From the NCBI GenBank assembly GCA_937873525.1, contig CALMWJ010000178.1, positions 1-47,986 of the forward strand: a DNA stretch of 47,986 nucleotides, read 5' to 3'. Both the position numbers and the translations under genes were made by a program. The notes under the pieces were generated by a model. The model had not been told where the DNA came from and made no database searches. It saw nothing but the letters and a program-made list of their open reading frames with translations. Of this stretch, positions 17,745 through 27,175 are shown piece after piece; position 1 is the first letter of the stretch, and each line of letters opens with the position of its first letter. This DNA comes from an uncultured Peptococcaceae bacterium. GTDB taxonomy: Bacteria > Bacillota > Peptococcia > DRI-13 > UBA5745.

Positions 17745-19819
17745 AAGTGATCGTTGCGGAAAAAGCGGGAATGTGCTATGGCGTAAAACGTGCCATTGAT
17801 TTGGCGCTGGATGCAGCACAACGACTTGCCCAGGTTCAGACCTTGGGTCCTATTGTCCATAATACACAGGTTACACAGCGCATGGAATCCCACGGAATCC
17901 TGGAAAAAACACTCGATACCGTCACACCCGGGGCGGCTGTGGTGATCCGAAGCCACGGCACAGGACCGGAGGCTTACCGGCAATTGGAAGAAGCCGGGTG
18001 CGAAATCATCGACGGCACCTGTCCCTTTGTTTCACGGGTCGTCCGTTTGGGCCTTGAGGCCATCGAGCAAGGGTATCAGATATGGATCCTCGGCGACGAG
18101 AAACACCCTGAGATCCAGGGCTATATGGCCTGGCTTCAGGATCATTGCAGGATCATCGCCGATCCCGACCAGGTGTTTCAGGAAAAGGAGCTGCCGGAAA
18201 AAATCGCCTTGATGGCGCAAACCACAGAAAATACAGACCGTTTCGAACAAATGGTCCAAAATGTCATCCAGACCGGCCGAACACCCAAAGTGTTCAACAC
18301 CATTTGCAATGCAACCCAGGAACGGCGGCAAGCCGCGGAGACATTGGCCGCCCAGGTCGAGCTGGTTCTCGTGATCGGCGGCAAGCACAGCGCCAATACC
18401 GCAAAATTAGGCGAATACTGCCGTAAAATCCAGCCTAATACATATATTATAGAAAAATATTCAGATATTGATTTGAACTGGTTAAAAGGTATACAGTTAA
18501 TTGGGATCACGGCAGGGGCTTCAACCCCTGAGTGGATAATCAAGGAGGTTGTTGAGAAGATGGAAGAGTTCAAAGATCAGGCAATGGAGCAGAACGCTCA
18601 AAACACAGAAACAGAGCAGGAAATGGAAGCATCTTTTTCTGACCTGGAGGCCCAGATGGGCTGCAAGGAATTCCATCCTGGCGATGTGGTAAAGGGAATT
18701 GTCGTGAAGGTATCCTCCGATGAAGTGCTCGTGGATATTGGCTACAAATCGGAAGGGATCATACCTGCCTTTGAGCTGGCCTTTACAAAAGTCGACCCTT
18801 CTGCCGTTGTACAAGTCGGCGATGAAATTTCCGCGGCAGTCGTCAAAGAGGACCGGGAGGGCAACATTATCCTTTCCCGTAAAAATGCCCTTTTTGAAGA
18901 AAAAATAGATGCGTTGGAGCAAGCTTTCGAAAACGGGGAAACGGTGACCGCCACCGTCATCGATGTGGTGAAGGGCGGTCTGCTGGTGGATGTGGGGATG
19001 AGAGGCTTTGTGCCGGCTTCCCATATTGAACGTGGTTTTGTCAAAGATCTCAATGAGTATCTTAAGAAAACCTTGGATTTCAAAATCATCGAACTGAACC
19101 GGGCAGCCCGAAAAGTGATCCTTTCCCGCAAAGCCCTGCTGGAAGCCGAATACCAGGAACAGAAGGAAAGCTTCTGGAACAACATAACGGAGGGCGAAAT
19201 CCGCAAGGGAACCGTCAAACGCTTGACCGACTTCGGTGCCTTTGTCGACATCGGCGGCTGCGACGGACTGCTCCACGTATCGGAAATGGGCTGGGGCAAG
19301 GTTGGCAAACCCTCCGACGTGGTTGCCATCAATGACGTCATCGACGTCTATGTGCTGAAAGTTGACCGGGAGAAGGAAAAGGTATCCCTGAGCCTGAAGC
19401 AGCTGGGACCGAATCCATGGGAAATTGCCGATAAGAAATACATCGCCGGCGAGATTTATCCCGGTAAAGTCATGCGCACCGCCGCTTTCGGCGCGTTTAT
19501 CCAGCTGGAGCCCGGCCTGGAAGGCCTGGCCCACATTTCCCAGCTGGCCAAGTTCCGCGTCAACAAAGTCGAGGATGTCTTGCAAGCCGGCCAGGAGATC
19601 CCGGTCAAAATCCTTGAAATTGACATGGAGAAAAAACGGATCAGCTTGAGTGTCAAAGAAGCCATCGAACTTCAGAAGCCTGAAATGACTGAGGAAGCTT
19701 ATGAAGGCGAACCATTGAAAGAGATTGCCGCCCCGGCAGCGGAAGAAGTGAAAACCGAAACCCCGGCCGTGGAAGCTGCGGCGGAAGCGCCCGAAGGCAT
19801 TCATGTGGATGCCGAGTAA
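17741..19819 (+). CDS. ispH: Bifunctional 4-hydroxy-3-methylbut-2-enyl diphosphate reductase (IspH/LytB) fused to ribosomal protein S1 repeats
   Basis: The N-terminal ~280 aa are IspH (AGMCYGVKRA, GPIVHN, and the conserved Cys residues). The C-terminal ~400 aa contain four S1 motifs (GDVVKGIV, GETVTATV, GEIRKGTV, GEIYPGKV). It is one uninterrupted frame. Confidence 0.9.
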   Translation: MKVIVAEKAGMCYGVKRAIDLALDAAQRLAQVQTLGPIVHNTQVTQRMESHGILEKTLDTVTPGAAVVIRSHGTGPEAYRQLEEAGCEIIDGTCPFVSRVVRLGLEAIEQGYQIWILGDEKHPEIQGYMAWLQDHCRIIADPDQVFQEKELPEKIALMAQTTENTDRFEQMVQNVIQTGRTPKVFNTICNATQERRQAAETLAAQVELVLVIGGKHSANTAKLGEYCRKIQPNTYIIEKYSDIDLNWLKGIQLIGITAGASTPEWIIKEVVEKMEEFKDQAMEQNAQNTETEQEMEASFSDLEAQMGCKEFHPGDVVKGIVVKVSSDEVLVDIGYKSEGIIPAFELAFTKVDPSAVVQVGDEISAAVVKEDREGNIILSRKNALFEEKIDALEQAFENGETVTATVIDVVKGGLLVDVGMRGFVPASHIERGFVKDLNEYLKKTLDFKIIELNRAARKVILSRKALLEAEYQEQKESFWNNITEGEIRKGTVKRLTDFGAFVDIGGCDGLLHVSEMGWGKVGKPSDVVAINDVIDVYVLKVDREKEKVSLSLKQLGPNPWEIADKKYIAGEIYPGKVMRTAAFGAFIQLEPGLEGLAHISQLAKFRVNKVEDVLQAGQEIPVKILEIDMEKKRISLSVKEAIELQKPEMTEEAYEGEPLKEIAAPAAEEVKTETPAVEAAAEAPEGIHVDAE

Positions 19820-19856
19820 TACCTGCTCCTTAAATCCGCTGAAAGAATAAGGACCC

Positions 19857-19892
19857 GATCCCTTGGCAGCGTTTCTGTCAAGGGATCTTTTT
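19857..19892 (+). terminator. Intrinsic terminator after ispH::S1
   Basis: GATCCCTTG-(13 nt)-CAAGGGATC followed by TTTTT. Confidence 0.75.
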
Positions 19893-19921
19893 GAGCCTGC
19901 CGCATCCAACAGATACGGTCG

Positions 19922-20716
19922 TTGCACACACCAAGCAAGGAGAATGCATTTTTGGAAACGATTTTATGGAACCCTTCCGCAACACCTTTGGTCAGGGAGA
20001 GCCTGATCAAAGCCAATCTGATTCTATTTGATTTAGACGGTACCTTGATCGATTCAGGCGAAGGGATTTTCAATAGCCTTCGTTATATGATGGAACAGAT
20101 GGGTTTGCCCGCACGCAGCAACGATGAGCTTGCCTGCTTTGTCGGCCCGCCGCTGCGGGACACCCTGTGCCATACCTTTGGCTTCAGTTCTGAAAAAGCT
20201 GAAGAAGCCCTCGACTGCTACCGTCATTATTATACCCGTGCGGGACTCTATGAAGGGCGGCCTTATGAAGGTTTGGCAGAGGTATTAAGCACGCTTCAGA
20301 ACGAAGGAAAGGTTCTGACCGTCGCCACCTCCAAACCCTGGGTCTATGCCCACCGCATCTTGGCTCATTTCCAGCTAAGGTCCTATTTTGACACCGTATT
20401 CGGCTGCTACCGGGATGGGCGCTTGGATTCCAAGGAGGCCGTCGTAAACGCCGTTTTGAACCATTACCGGGGGGATCATCGCCTGGGCGGCGGACGTTTG
20501 CTTCAGAGCGCCTTAAAACACCCTCTGGGACACGATTGCCTTCCGATGATGATCGGGGACCGCCATTATGATGTTCTCGGGGCTGCAAAGAATGGCATTC
20601 AAAGCATCGGCGTCGCCTATGGCTATGGCAGCAGCCAGGAACTTCTGAACAGCGGCGCTTTGGCGGTTGTTCAGCACACCCGTCAGCTGGCAAGCCTGTT
20701 GATTCCCCAACCATAA
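19922..20716 (+). CDS. HAD-family phosphatase (phosphoglycolate phosphatase-like)
   Basis: ILFDLDGTLIDS (DxDxT), TSKP, GDRHYD. The likely true start is the TTG at 19952, 10 nt after AAGGAG. Confidence 0.75.
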   Translation: MHTPSKENAFLETILWNPSATPLVRESLIKANLILFDLDGTLIDSGEGIFNSLRYMMEQMGLPARSNDELACFVGPPLRDTLCHTFGFSSEKAEEALDCYRHYYTRAGLYEGRPYEGLAEVLSTLQNEGKVLTVATSKPWVYAHRILAHFQLRSYFDTVFGCYRDGRLDSKEAVVNAVLNHYRGDHRLGGGRLLQSALKHPLGHDCLPMMIGDRHYDVLGAAKNGIQSIGVAYGYGSSQELLNSGALAVVQHTRQLASLLIPQP

Positions 20717-20742
20717 CCGATCGACCCTATTGCGAGGATTTC

Positions 20743-22692
20743 ATGGCTAACATTATTGAAGCACAGCACCTAACAAAATATTTCGGCGCCGCATGTCTCT
20801 TTGAAGACCTTTCCCTAAGCCTTGAATCCGGGGAAAAAGCGGCTTTGATCGGAGCCAATGGCGTGGGCAAAACCACGCTGATGAATTGCCTGATGGGCAA
20901 GGAGAGCCTTGACGGCGGCACGATTCGTCTGGAATCGGGAGCCACCATCGGATATCTCGAACAAATCCCCTCCTATTCAGAGGATACAACCTTGATCGGC
21001 ATCGTGATGGAAGTCTTTGCGGACATTTTTGCCCAGCGGAAACGGCTGGCTGACCTGGAGCTGCTGATGAGCCACGCGTCGTCGGATGAGGTGCTGGATA
21101 AGGCAATGCGACAGTATGGGGCCTTGCGGGATGCTTATGAGCGTGCCGGGGGATTTGCCTGCGAAGCCCAAGCCCGAAAGGTCCTGGCCGGCCTGGGATT
21201 CAAGGAAGCTGATTTTGAACGGCCCTTTTCAGGCTTCAGCGGAGGCGAAAAAACAAGGATCAGCCTGGCCAGAATTCTTGTCCGCGAACACAGCATCCTT
21301 TTCTTGGATGAACCCACCAATCACTTGGACCTGGATTCCATCGAATGGCTGGAAAATTACTTAAAATCATATCGGGGCGCCGTGCTGGTCATCTCCCATG
21401 ACCGATATTTTCTCGACCAGGTGACCCAGACGACCTTATTGTTCGACCAGCGGCAGGTCAAGCGGTACAAGGGCAATTATACCGCCTTTTTGAAGCATAA
21501 GGCTCTGGAAGATGAGACCTTGGCCCGGGCTTATGAGAAACAACAGAAGGAAATCGAGAAGACCGAAGCATACATCCTGCGCAACAAGGCCGGAATCAAA
21601 TCCAAGCAAGCCAGAGGCCGTCAGACGAAGCTGGACCGTCTGGAACGAATCGACAAGCCAAAGGGAGAAGCCTGTCTGAGCATGGGACAGGCTGGCATCG
21701 CATCCCGCACCGGTGATAAGGTCCTATGCCTGGATCAAATAAGCTTCAGTTTTCCGGACCGTCCGCTTTTCAAAGAACTGGATGAGGAGATCCGCTACAC
21801 AGAGCGGGTGGCGCTTTTGGGCCCCAACGGGATGGGGAAAACCACGCTGCTTAGAATTATTCTTGGCCAGATCCAGCCCCAGCAAGGAAAAGTTCGTTTC
21901 GGCGCCAGGGTGAAACCAGCCTATTTCGATCAGGAACATAGCAACCTTGATCCGGACCATACTGTTTTTGAGGAAATCCTGCTGAACTATGACCTGAATA
22001 TTGAAGAGACCAAAGCATTGCTTGCCCGATTTCTTTTTCGGGGCGATGATTTGGAAAAACAGGTCGGCACCCTCAGCGGTGGTGAGCAAGGAAGGCTATC
22101 CTTACTGAAATTGACCCTGGAAAAAGGGAATTTTCTGATCCTCGATGAGCCCACCAATCATTTGGATATTAATTCCAGGGAATCCATCGAAACGTATCTG
22201 AAGAATTACCCGGGCACGATCCTGATGGTTTCCCATGATCGTTATTTTGTCGATGCCGTCGCAGACCGGATCCTTGAACTGGATCAAGGCAAATTGACCT
22301 CTTATCTTGGCAATTACAGCGATTATCGGCGTAAGAAGGCTGAATTGGAAAAAACCAAGCCGGCCACAGACGATCAAACCTCGGGCAGCAAAGCCTCTGA
22401 AGACAAAACCGAAAGAGAAGCTTCAGACAAAGAGAACCGAAGGCGGCGCAGCAATGACCGGGCAGTCAAAGCAAAGCTTCGGGATCAGGTGCAGACGCTT
22501 GAAAAAGAAATCCAAACCCTGGAACAGCGTCTTGAGGAAATAACCGGAGAACTCGCCAAACCTGAAACCTATCAGGGCATAAATTATGACCTGCAGCAGT
22601 CCTTGAGTTATGAACTGGATCAAATCCAGCTGCGTTTGCCGCAAGCTTACGATGAATGGACCGAATTCATGGCCCAGCTGGAGGCCATATAG
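20743..22692 (+). CDS. ABC-F family ATPase (two ABC cassettes with linker, no TM domain, coiled-coil tail)
   Basis: Two Walker A motifs (GANGVGKTT, GPNGMGKTT), two signature motifs (FSGGEKTR, LSGGEQGR), and a charged K/E/R-rich C-terminal extension. Confidence 0.9.
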   Translation: MANIIEAQHLTKYFGAACLFEDLSLSLESGEKAALIGANGVGKTTLMNCLMGKESLDGGTIRLESGATIGYLEQIPSYSEDTTLIGIVMEVFADIFAQRKRLADLELLMSHASSDEVLDKAMRQYGALRDAYERAGGFACEAQARKVLAGLGFKEADFERPFSGFSGGEKTRISLARILVREHSILFLDEPTNHLDLDSIEWLENYLKSYRGAVLVISHDRYFLDQVTQTTLLFDQRQVKRYKGNYTAFLKHKALEDETLARAYEKQQKEIEKTEAYILRNKAGIKSKQARGRQTKLDRLERIDKPKGEACLSMGQAGIASRTGDKVLCLDQISFSFPDRPLFKELDEEIRYTERVALLGPNGMGKTTLLRIILGQIQPQQGKVRFGARVKPAYFDQEHSNLDPDHTVFEEILLNYDLNIEETKALLARFLFRGDDLEKQVGTLSGGEQGRLSLLKLTLEKGNFLILDEPTNHLDINSRESIETYLKNYPGTILMVSHDRYFVDAVADRILELDQGKLTSYLGNYSDYRRKKAELEKTKPATDDQTSGSKASEDKTEREASDKENRRRRSNDRAVKAKLRDQVQTLEKEIQTLEQRLEEITGELAKPETYQGINYDLQQSLSYELDQIQLRLPQAYDEWTEFMAQLEAI

Positions 22693-22693
22693 G

Positions 22694-22724
22694 AGAGGAC
22701 GGCCCCTTGGCCAGTCTCTTTTCT
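22694..22724 (+). terminator. Probable intrinsic terminator after the ABC-F gene
   Basis: Imperfect stem AGAGGACGGCC / GGCCAGTCTCT with two bulges and a 4-nt loop, then TTTCT. Confidence 0.45.
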
Positions 22725-22822
22725 AGTTTACATAACATTTATTATCGGAAGTAGTAGGGGTTTTTGATCTGGCTGATGGGTTCAAATTTCAGCGTGTCTT
22801 TGTTTTTAATGGGCCCGGATCA

Positions 22823-22865
22823 AAACTCGTGTTCCAGCCAGGTCCTCTTCGTGATATGATATAAT
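22823..22865 (+). promoter_or_regulatory. Candidate lexA promoter with a degenerate SOS (Cheo-type) box
   Basis: AAACTCGTGTTC (22823-22834) is one mismatch from GAAC-N4-GTTC. The extended -10 TGATATAAT lies at 22857-22865. No good -35 element. Confidence 0.3.
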
Positions 22866-22886
22866 AAATAATAAAAAAGTTGGCAG

Positions 22887-23543
22887 GTGATGCTGATGTC
22901 AGATCCTATGCTGAACGCAAAGCAAAATGCGGTCCTGGAGTATGTCCGGAAACAGATCGAACATCAAGGGTATCCCCCTTCTGTCCGGGAAATCGGCAGC
23001 GCTTTGGGCATTGCCTCCAGTTCCACCGTGCATGCTTATTTGCGTCAATTGGAAGCCTTGGGATACATCCGCCGTGATCCTGCAAAGCCCCGAGCCATGG
23101 TCATCGAGCATCTGCAGGGCTCTGCTGAAACCGCTCAGCCGATCCCGGTTGAGCAGGTCCCTGAAATCCAGCTTCCCATGATTGATTTTGATTGTCTGGC
23201 CGCGGCAGGCTTTGACTTGGCCCAATGCAGCACGGAGAACATATGTTTTTCAATCAAAGACATTCTGCCGGTGGAGCAAGCCTGTTTGTTTAGAATGCCG
23301 GACGACAGCATGATCAAAGTCGGCATTTTTCCTGGCGACCATCTGATTGTCGGACCGGAACCGCCCCATAACGGTGATGTGATCCTTGCTTGTGTCAAAG
23401 AAAGCCTCACTGTGAAGACCTACTTCAAAGGCATCCGGCAGCTGCGGCTGCAGCCTGAAAATGATTGGTACGAGCCCCTTTTCCTATCCGAAAAGGAAAT
23501 GATCTATATAGGGAAAGTCAGAGCCAATATCCGTCAGTTTTAG
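22887..23543 (+). CDS. lexA: LexA repressor
   Basis: N-terminal winged HTH GYPPSVREIGSALGIASSSTVHAYLRQLEALGYIRR. The C-terminal S24 peptidase domain has an Ala-Gly site (LAAAGF), Ser in DDSM and Lys in TVKTYF. Several in-frame starts exist between 22887 and 22908. Confidence 0.9.
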   Translation: MMLMSDPMLNAKQNAVLEYVRKQIEHQGYPPSVREIGSALGIASSSTVHAYLRQLEALGYIRRDPAKPRAMVIEHLQGSAETAQPIPVEQVPEIQLPMIDFDCLAAAGFDLAQCSTENICFSIKDILPVEQACLFRMPDDSMIKVGIFPGDHLIVGPEPPHNGDVILACVKESLTVKTYFKGIRQLRLQPENDWYEPLFLSEKEMIYIGKVRANIRQF

Positions 23544-23566
23544 CCTTTGCCATCGGATTAATGCAT

Positions 23567-23619
23567 AAAGAAGGTCCGGAAACATTTCCCTGCCGGGATG
23601 TTTGCCGGACCTTCTTTTT
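23567..23619. terminator. Bidirectional intrinsic terminator between convergent lexA and the NIF3-like operon
   Basis: AGAAGGTCCGGAAACAT / ATGTTTGCCGGACCTTCT form a ~17-bp stem with one bulge. TTTTT follows on the plus strand and TTTAT on the minus strand. Confidence 0.75.
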
Positions 23620-23625
23620 CAGGAG

Positions 23626-24633
23626 CTATTTCCGTTTCAAATAAGTCCCTGCGATGTTGCGGCCATATTCCCTGATTTCAGACGATCCGACCTTTTCCAA
23701 AGGGATGCTGGACATCCTCTCTCTGAAAATCATGACCTCCAGCTCGGGAAGATGGTTTTTGATTGCTTGGGCCAGGGGTATGCCGTTTTCGTAAATTTCC
23801 ATGGCATGGGAGTTGCCGCAGACAAAATTCAAGCCCAGTTCTTCGGCTTTTGCAATCAAATCGTTGCCTGGATAGACACGACTGATGGAGGCCAGCAAGG
23901 TATCGATCTGCGGATAGTCCTTGAGCAAGGCTTCAAGATGGGTCACATTAAACCCTGTATGGGGAAAGAAATGGACCAAATGCTTCACAGGCCTGCTGCG
24001 GTCTCCTGCCAGAAGCTTTGACTTGACCTTGATGCTGGTTTCATCAATTGCTTCGCAATGGCGTATCTTTCGTTCTGCCTCCAGCATGGCATGATCTTCC
24101 TGCACATTCATCAAAACATCCAGCCGGTCCACCATATCCCCCACCGTTTTCACTTCAGGCAAGCATTCGCCTACATAGACGACGCAGCCCTGATCGCCGC
24201 CATAATTGATGCTGGTGAAATACGGCTTATGGCCATGCAGCCAGGGGATGCCCGGATGGGTGCCATGAAACGCCTCATGAAGCTCGAAAACCGCCAGATT
24301 ATAGATGTTGAGATAATACTTGAACAAAACACCGCCTGAATTGCAGGCTTCCGCCACGGGGTGATGGGCCACGATGGCATCCACACCGGTTCCGGCCGCC
24401 AATTCAATCGCGCTTTCCGTCATAGTCATCAAAACCGCCAGCTTTTTGATGGGTTTTTCCGGATCGCCCCAAACCAACCCGGGAAGTTCAACGACGGCTT
24501 TTCCGGGGACATTGGATGACTTGATGGTAACAAAAGGATTCTTTCCGCTGGCCCAATCCGCAGATGATTTGATGCAGCGGCCGTTGGTGATATCATCGAG
24601 TGCATTGAGAACATCTTTTGCATAAACAGTCAT
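23626..24633 (-). CDS. NIF3-family (dinuclear metal centre, GTP cyclohydrolase I type 2-like) protein, paralogue A
   Basis: 335 aa after trimming to the ATG at 24633 (GGAGGA upstream). It has the NIF3 hallmarks: K-hydrophobic-A-V...ESAIELAAGTGVDAIVAHHP at the N-terminus and FVCGNSHAMEI near the C-terminus. About 60-70% identical by eye to 25958..26965. Confidence 0.75.
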   Translation of the reverse strand: MTVYAKDVLNALDDITNGRCIKSSADWASGKNPFVTIKSSNVPGKAVVELPGLVWGDPEKPIKKLAVLMTMTESAIELAAGTGVDAIVAHHPVAEACNSGGVLFKYYLNIYNLAVFELHEAFHGTHPGIPWLHGHKPYFTSINYGGDQGCVVYVGECLPEVKTVGDMVDRLDVLMNVQEDHAMLEAERKIRHCEAIDETSIKVKSKLLAGDRSRPVKHLVHFFPHTGFNVTHLEALLKDYPQIDTLLASISRVYPGNDLIAKAEELGLNFVCGNSHAMEIYENGIPLAQAIKNHLPELEVMIFRERMSSIPLEKVGSSEIREYGRNIAGTYLKRK

Positions 24634-24671
24634 AGTGATCCTCCGTTCATCCATAGTTTGCGTGTATTAAG

Positions 24672-24710
24672 CTTTCGGCAGCAGCAGATAAACTGCCGCT
24701 GCCGAAAGCC
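24672..24710 (-). other. Intercistronic 17-bp hairpin (no U-tract) between the permease gene and NIF3 paralogue A
   Basis: GCTTTCGGCAGCAGCAG-ATAAA-CTGCCGCTGCCGAAAGC, one mismatch in 17 bp. Confidence 0.6.
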
Positions 24711-24751
24711 CGAAGTCTATTCAATTGGGGTAAGGTCACTCTATGTTGCTT

Positions 24752-25906
24752 TTAGAGGAACAGGCCGAACAGCTGGGCACACAGGGCGGCATACAGAAGA
24801 CGAATGACGCAGCCAACAACAGCTGCCCAGACGATTTCGCCGGTGGTGATGTCCAGGATGGGACCCCAAACGGCAGGAATCTGTCCAAGGGGAACCTGAA
24901 CAGGCCAGGAGGAGTTGGCCAGGACGAAGGAACCGACAGCCAGTTTTTTGGCGATGGCAATGGATTCAGGGTTGGAGAACATAGTGTACAGAGCGGAAGC
25001 CGCAGTCATGGTCCCATCGGCGTTGGCGACGGGTCCGCCAAGGCTCAGGTTCAGGTTTTTCATGGCCAGGGTGCCGGCGGTGAAAATGGTATCCACACCC
25101 GTTGCAGGATCAATGCCCATGATTTGGAGGATACCGCCCACGCTGCCGGTGATCAGAGGCCAGACTTTGAAGTATTCCAAGGCGCCGATGATGGCGAAGA
25201 CCGCACAGCCGGCGGGCAGAATGAACAGGACGACGACGTTGACACCTTCACGGGCGGATCCGAAAATCAAGTCCATGACGCCGGTATCGGGGGTAAACCG
25301 GGGCAAATCTTCGATTTCAACGGCTTTGGTATCTCTCCAGAAAAGCTTCAGAATGGCAGGAATCACAACAATCGGAAGAAAGACGCCGACGACCATGACG
25401 GGCAGCGGATTGACGCCAGCCGCAGTCAGTGCCATCAAACCGAGGACGATAATGGAGAAGGAACAAGGTGCCTGACAAAGGGTCGCAATTGCGATCTTCT
25501 GTTCGTCTTTCGTGGCGCCGGCTTTCATAACCACAGGGGCTGCAATTTTGCCGGCAGCGTTGACGTCGCCGAGAATGTTATAAATAACACCGATGACAAC
25601 AGATGCATTGATTTTGAGATATTTCATGATGGGGAGGAAAATACGCATCAGGGCGTCCGTCATCCCCAACCGTTCCAGGATGCGGCCGGTCATGACACTG
25701 ACCACGATGGTGGCACCGAGTTTGGCTGCACCAAAAAGATAATATTCAAACATTTTATAAGATCTGGTAAACATGGCATCAAACAATCCTGAGAACTGTT
25801 TGTTGAAGAATCCGATACAAATCAAACTGAATACCAATACGGCCAAACCTACGTACTCAATGGGACTCCATTTCTTGCGGTCCATTTCTTTTGCGGGTGT
25901 ACTCAT
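24752..25906 (-). CDS. Multi-pass membrane protein, probably a nucleoside-recognition (Gate) domain transporter
   Basis: 384 aa and strongly hydrophobic, roughly 10 predicted TM stretches by eye. Segments such as GRILERLGMTDALMRIFLPIMKYL resemble Gate-domain repeats. AAGGAGG lies upstream. The family call is tentative. Confidence 0.65.
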   Translation of the reverse strand: MSTPAKEMDRKKWSPIEYVGLAVLVFSLICIGFFNKQFSGLFDAMFTRSYKMFEYYLFGAAKLGATIVVSVMTGRILERLGMTDALMRIFLPIMKYLKINASVVIGVIYNILGDVNAAGKIAAPVVMKAGATKDEQKIAIATLCQAPCSFSIIVLGLMALTAAGVNPLPVMVVGVFLPIVVIPAILKLFWRDTKAVEIEDLPRFTPDTGVMDLIFGSAREGVNVVVLFILPAGCAVFAIIGALEYFKVWPLITGSVGGILQIMGIDPATGVDTIFTAGTLAMKNLNLSLGGPVANADGTMTAASALYTMFSNPESIAIAKKLAVGSFVLANSSWPVQVPLGQIPAVWGPILDITTGEIVWAAVVGCVIRLLYAALCAQLFGLFL

Positions 25907-25957
25907 TATTTGGCAACCTCCTTATTATTTTGAATGGTATGGTGCGCTTGGAACAAC

Positions 25958-26965
25958 TTACTTCCGATGCAGAAACTGTGTGGACATGTTTTCTGCATAC
26001 TCCCTGATTTCTTTGGACCCGATTTCATCCAAGGGAACGCTGGTCATTCTTTCTCTGAAAATGACCACTTCGGCTTCCGGCAGATGCTTTTTGATGGCAT
26101 TGGCCATGGGGATGCCGTTTTCAAAGATTTCCATGGCATGGGAATTGCCGCAGACAAAGTTCAGCCCCAATTCTTCCGCTTTGGCAATCAAGGCATGGCC
26201 GGGATAGACACGGCTGATGGTGGCCAAGAGGGTATCGACGCCAGGGTTTTCTTTGACCAGTTTTTCCAGATGATCACAGTTGAAGCCGCAGTGCGGGAAC
26301 ATATGGATCACTTTTTTCATGGGCCGGTCTTTGGAGCCAACGAGGATTTTGCAGCGGGCTGCAACGCTGGTTTCATAAATTTCATCACAATTGCGGATCT
26401 TCCGTTCGGATTCCAGCATCACTTCGTCGACTTCCACGTTCATCAGCTTATCCAAGCGGGTCATCATGTCTCCGACGGTCTTGATTTCAGGTAAAACGTC
26501 GCCGACATAGACAATGTTTCCTGGAATACCATCATAGCAAACCGTGGCATAATGGGGTTTGTGTCCGTGCAGCCAGGGAATTCCGGGGTGCATACCGTGA
26601 AATGCTTCATGCAATTCAAAGGCGGCTATGTTATAGGCTCCGAGGTAATATTTCAGAAGCACGCCGCCGGAGCTTGCCGCATCGGCGATGGGATGGTGGG
26701 TCACCATGACGTTGGCGCCGGTGGCGGCCGCCAATTCAATGGCGCTTTCGGTCATGGTCATCATGACTGCGATTTTTTTGACTTCCATGTCCGGATCACC
26801 CCATACCAGACCGGGCGTCTCAGTCACAGCTTTCCCAGGAATACTGGAAGATTTGGTCACGACAAATGGATTCTTGTTGCAGGACCAGTCCCCCGGTGTT
26901 TTCAGACAACGACCATTGGTCAAGTCGTCCAAAGCGGTCAGAACATCTTTTACATAGATTGTCAT
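25958..26965 (-). CDS. NIF3-family protein, paralogue B
   Basis: 335 aa with the same motifs as paralogue A (VMVTHHP, FVCGNSHAMEI). GAGGAGGA lies 7 nt upstream of the ATG. Confidence 0.75.
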   Translation of the reverse strand: MTIYVKDVLTALDDLTNGRCLKTPGDWSCNKNPFVVTKSSSIPGKAVTETPGLVWGDPDMEVKKIAVMMTMTESAIELAAATGANVMVTHHPIADAASSGGVLLKYYLGAYNIAAFELHEAFHGMHPGIPWLHGHKPHYATVCYDGIPGNIVYVGDVLPEIKTVGDMMTRLDKLMNVEVDEVMLESERKIRNCDEIYETSVAARCKILVGSKDRPMKKVIHMFPHCGFNCDHLEKLVKENPGVDTLLATISRVYPGHALIAKAEELGLNFVCGNSHAMEIFENGIPMANAIKKHLPEAEVVIFRERMTSVPLDEIGSKEIREYAENMSTQFLHRK

Positions 26966-27075
26966 TATGAGATCCTCCTCTTGATGCTTTACAACGAGAT
27001 TTTCCGTTTTCTTGATTCAGAGTTTCTGATACGCACGGGGACTGCTTAAGATTGTTCTGCCCTCCTTTCAATAAA

Positions 27076-27137
27076 ATAAAAAAAACCGCAAAATCATATC
27101 AATACGCATCGAACGTATTGTATATAATCTTGCGGTT
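27076..27137 (-). terminator. Strong intrinsic terminator in the leader of the NIF3 operon (minus strand)
   Basis: Minus-strand RNA: AACCGCAAGAUUAUAUACAAUACG-UUCGAUG-CGUAUUGAUAUGAUUUUGCGGUU followed by U8. This is about 23 bp including G:U pairs. Confidence 0.75.
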
Positions 27138-27175
27138 GTTTTGAGCACTCCCAAAAAGGTTGCGTGTCGCAGTCC

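Noticed and set aside
18521-19927. 468-aa minus-strand ORF opposite ispH::S1
   Set aside because: It is an antisense shadow of a confidently identified gene, with no recognisable motifs and no RBS.
24743-25792. 349-aa plus-strand ORF (Gly/Asp-rich) opposite the permease gene, plus the mutually similar plus-strand ORFs 23602..24021 and 25934..26494
   Set aside because: These are antisense shadows. The similarity between the last two simply mirrors the paralogy of the NIF3-like genes on the other strand.
26820-27071. 83-aa ORF beginning at the TTG within TTGAAAGGAGGG just after the leader terminator
   Set aside because: The TTG precedes the SD-like sequence rather than following it. The frame runs out-of-frame into the NIF3 paralogue B gene. 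There is no ATG/GTG/TTG at a usable distance after GGAGGG.
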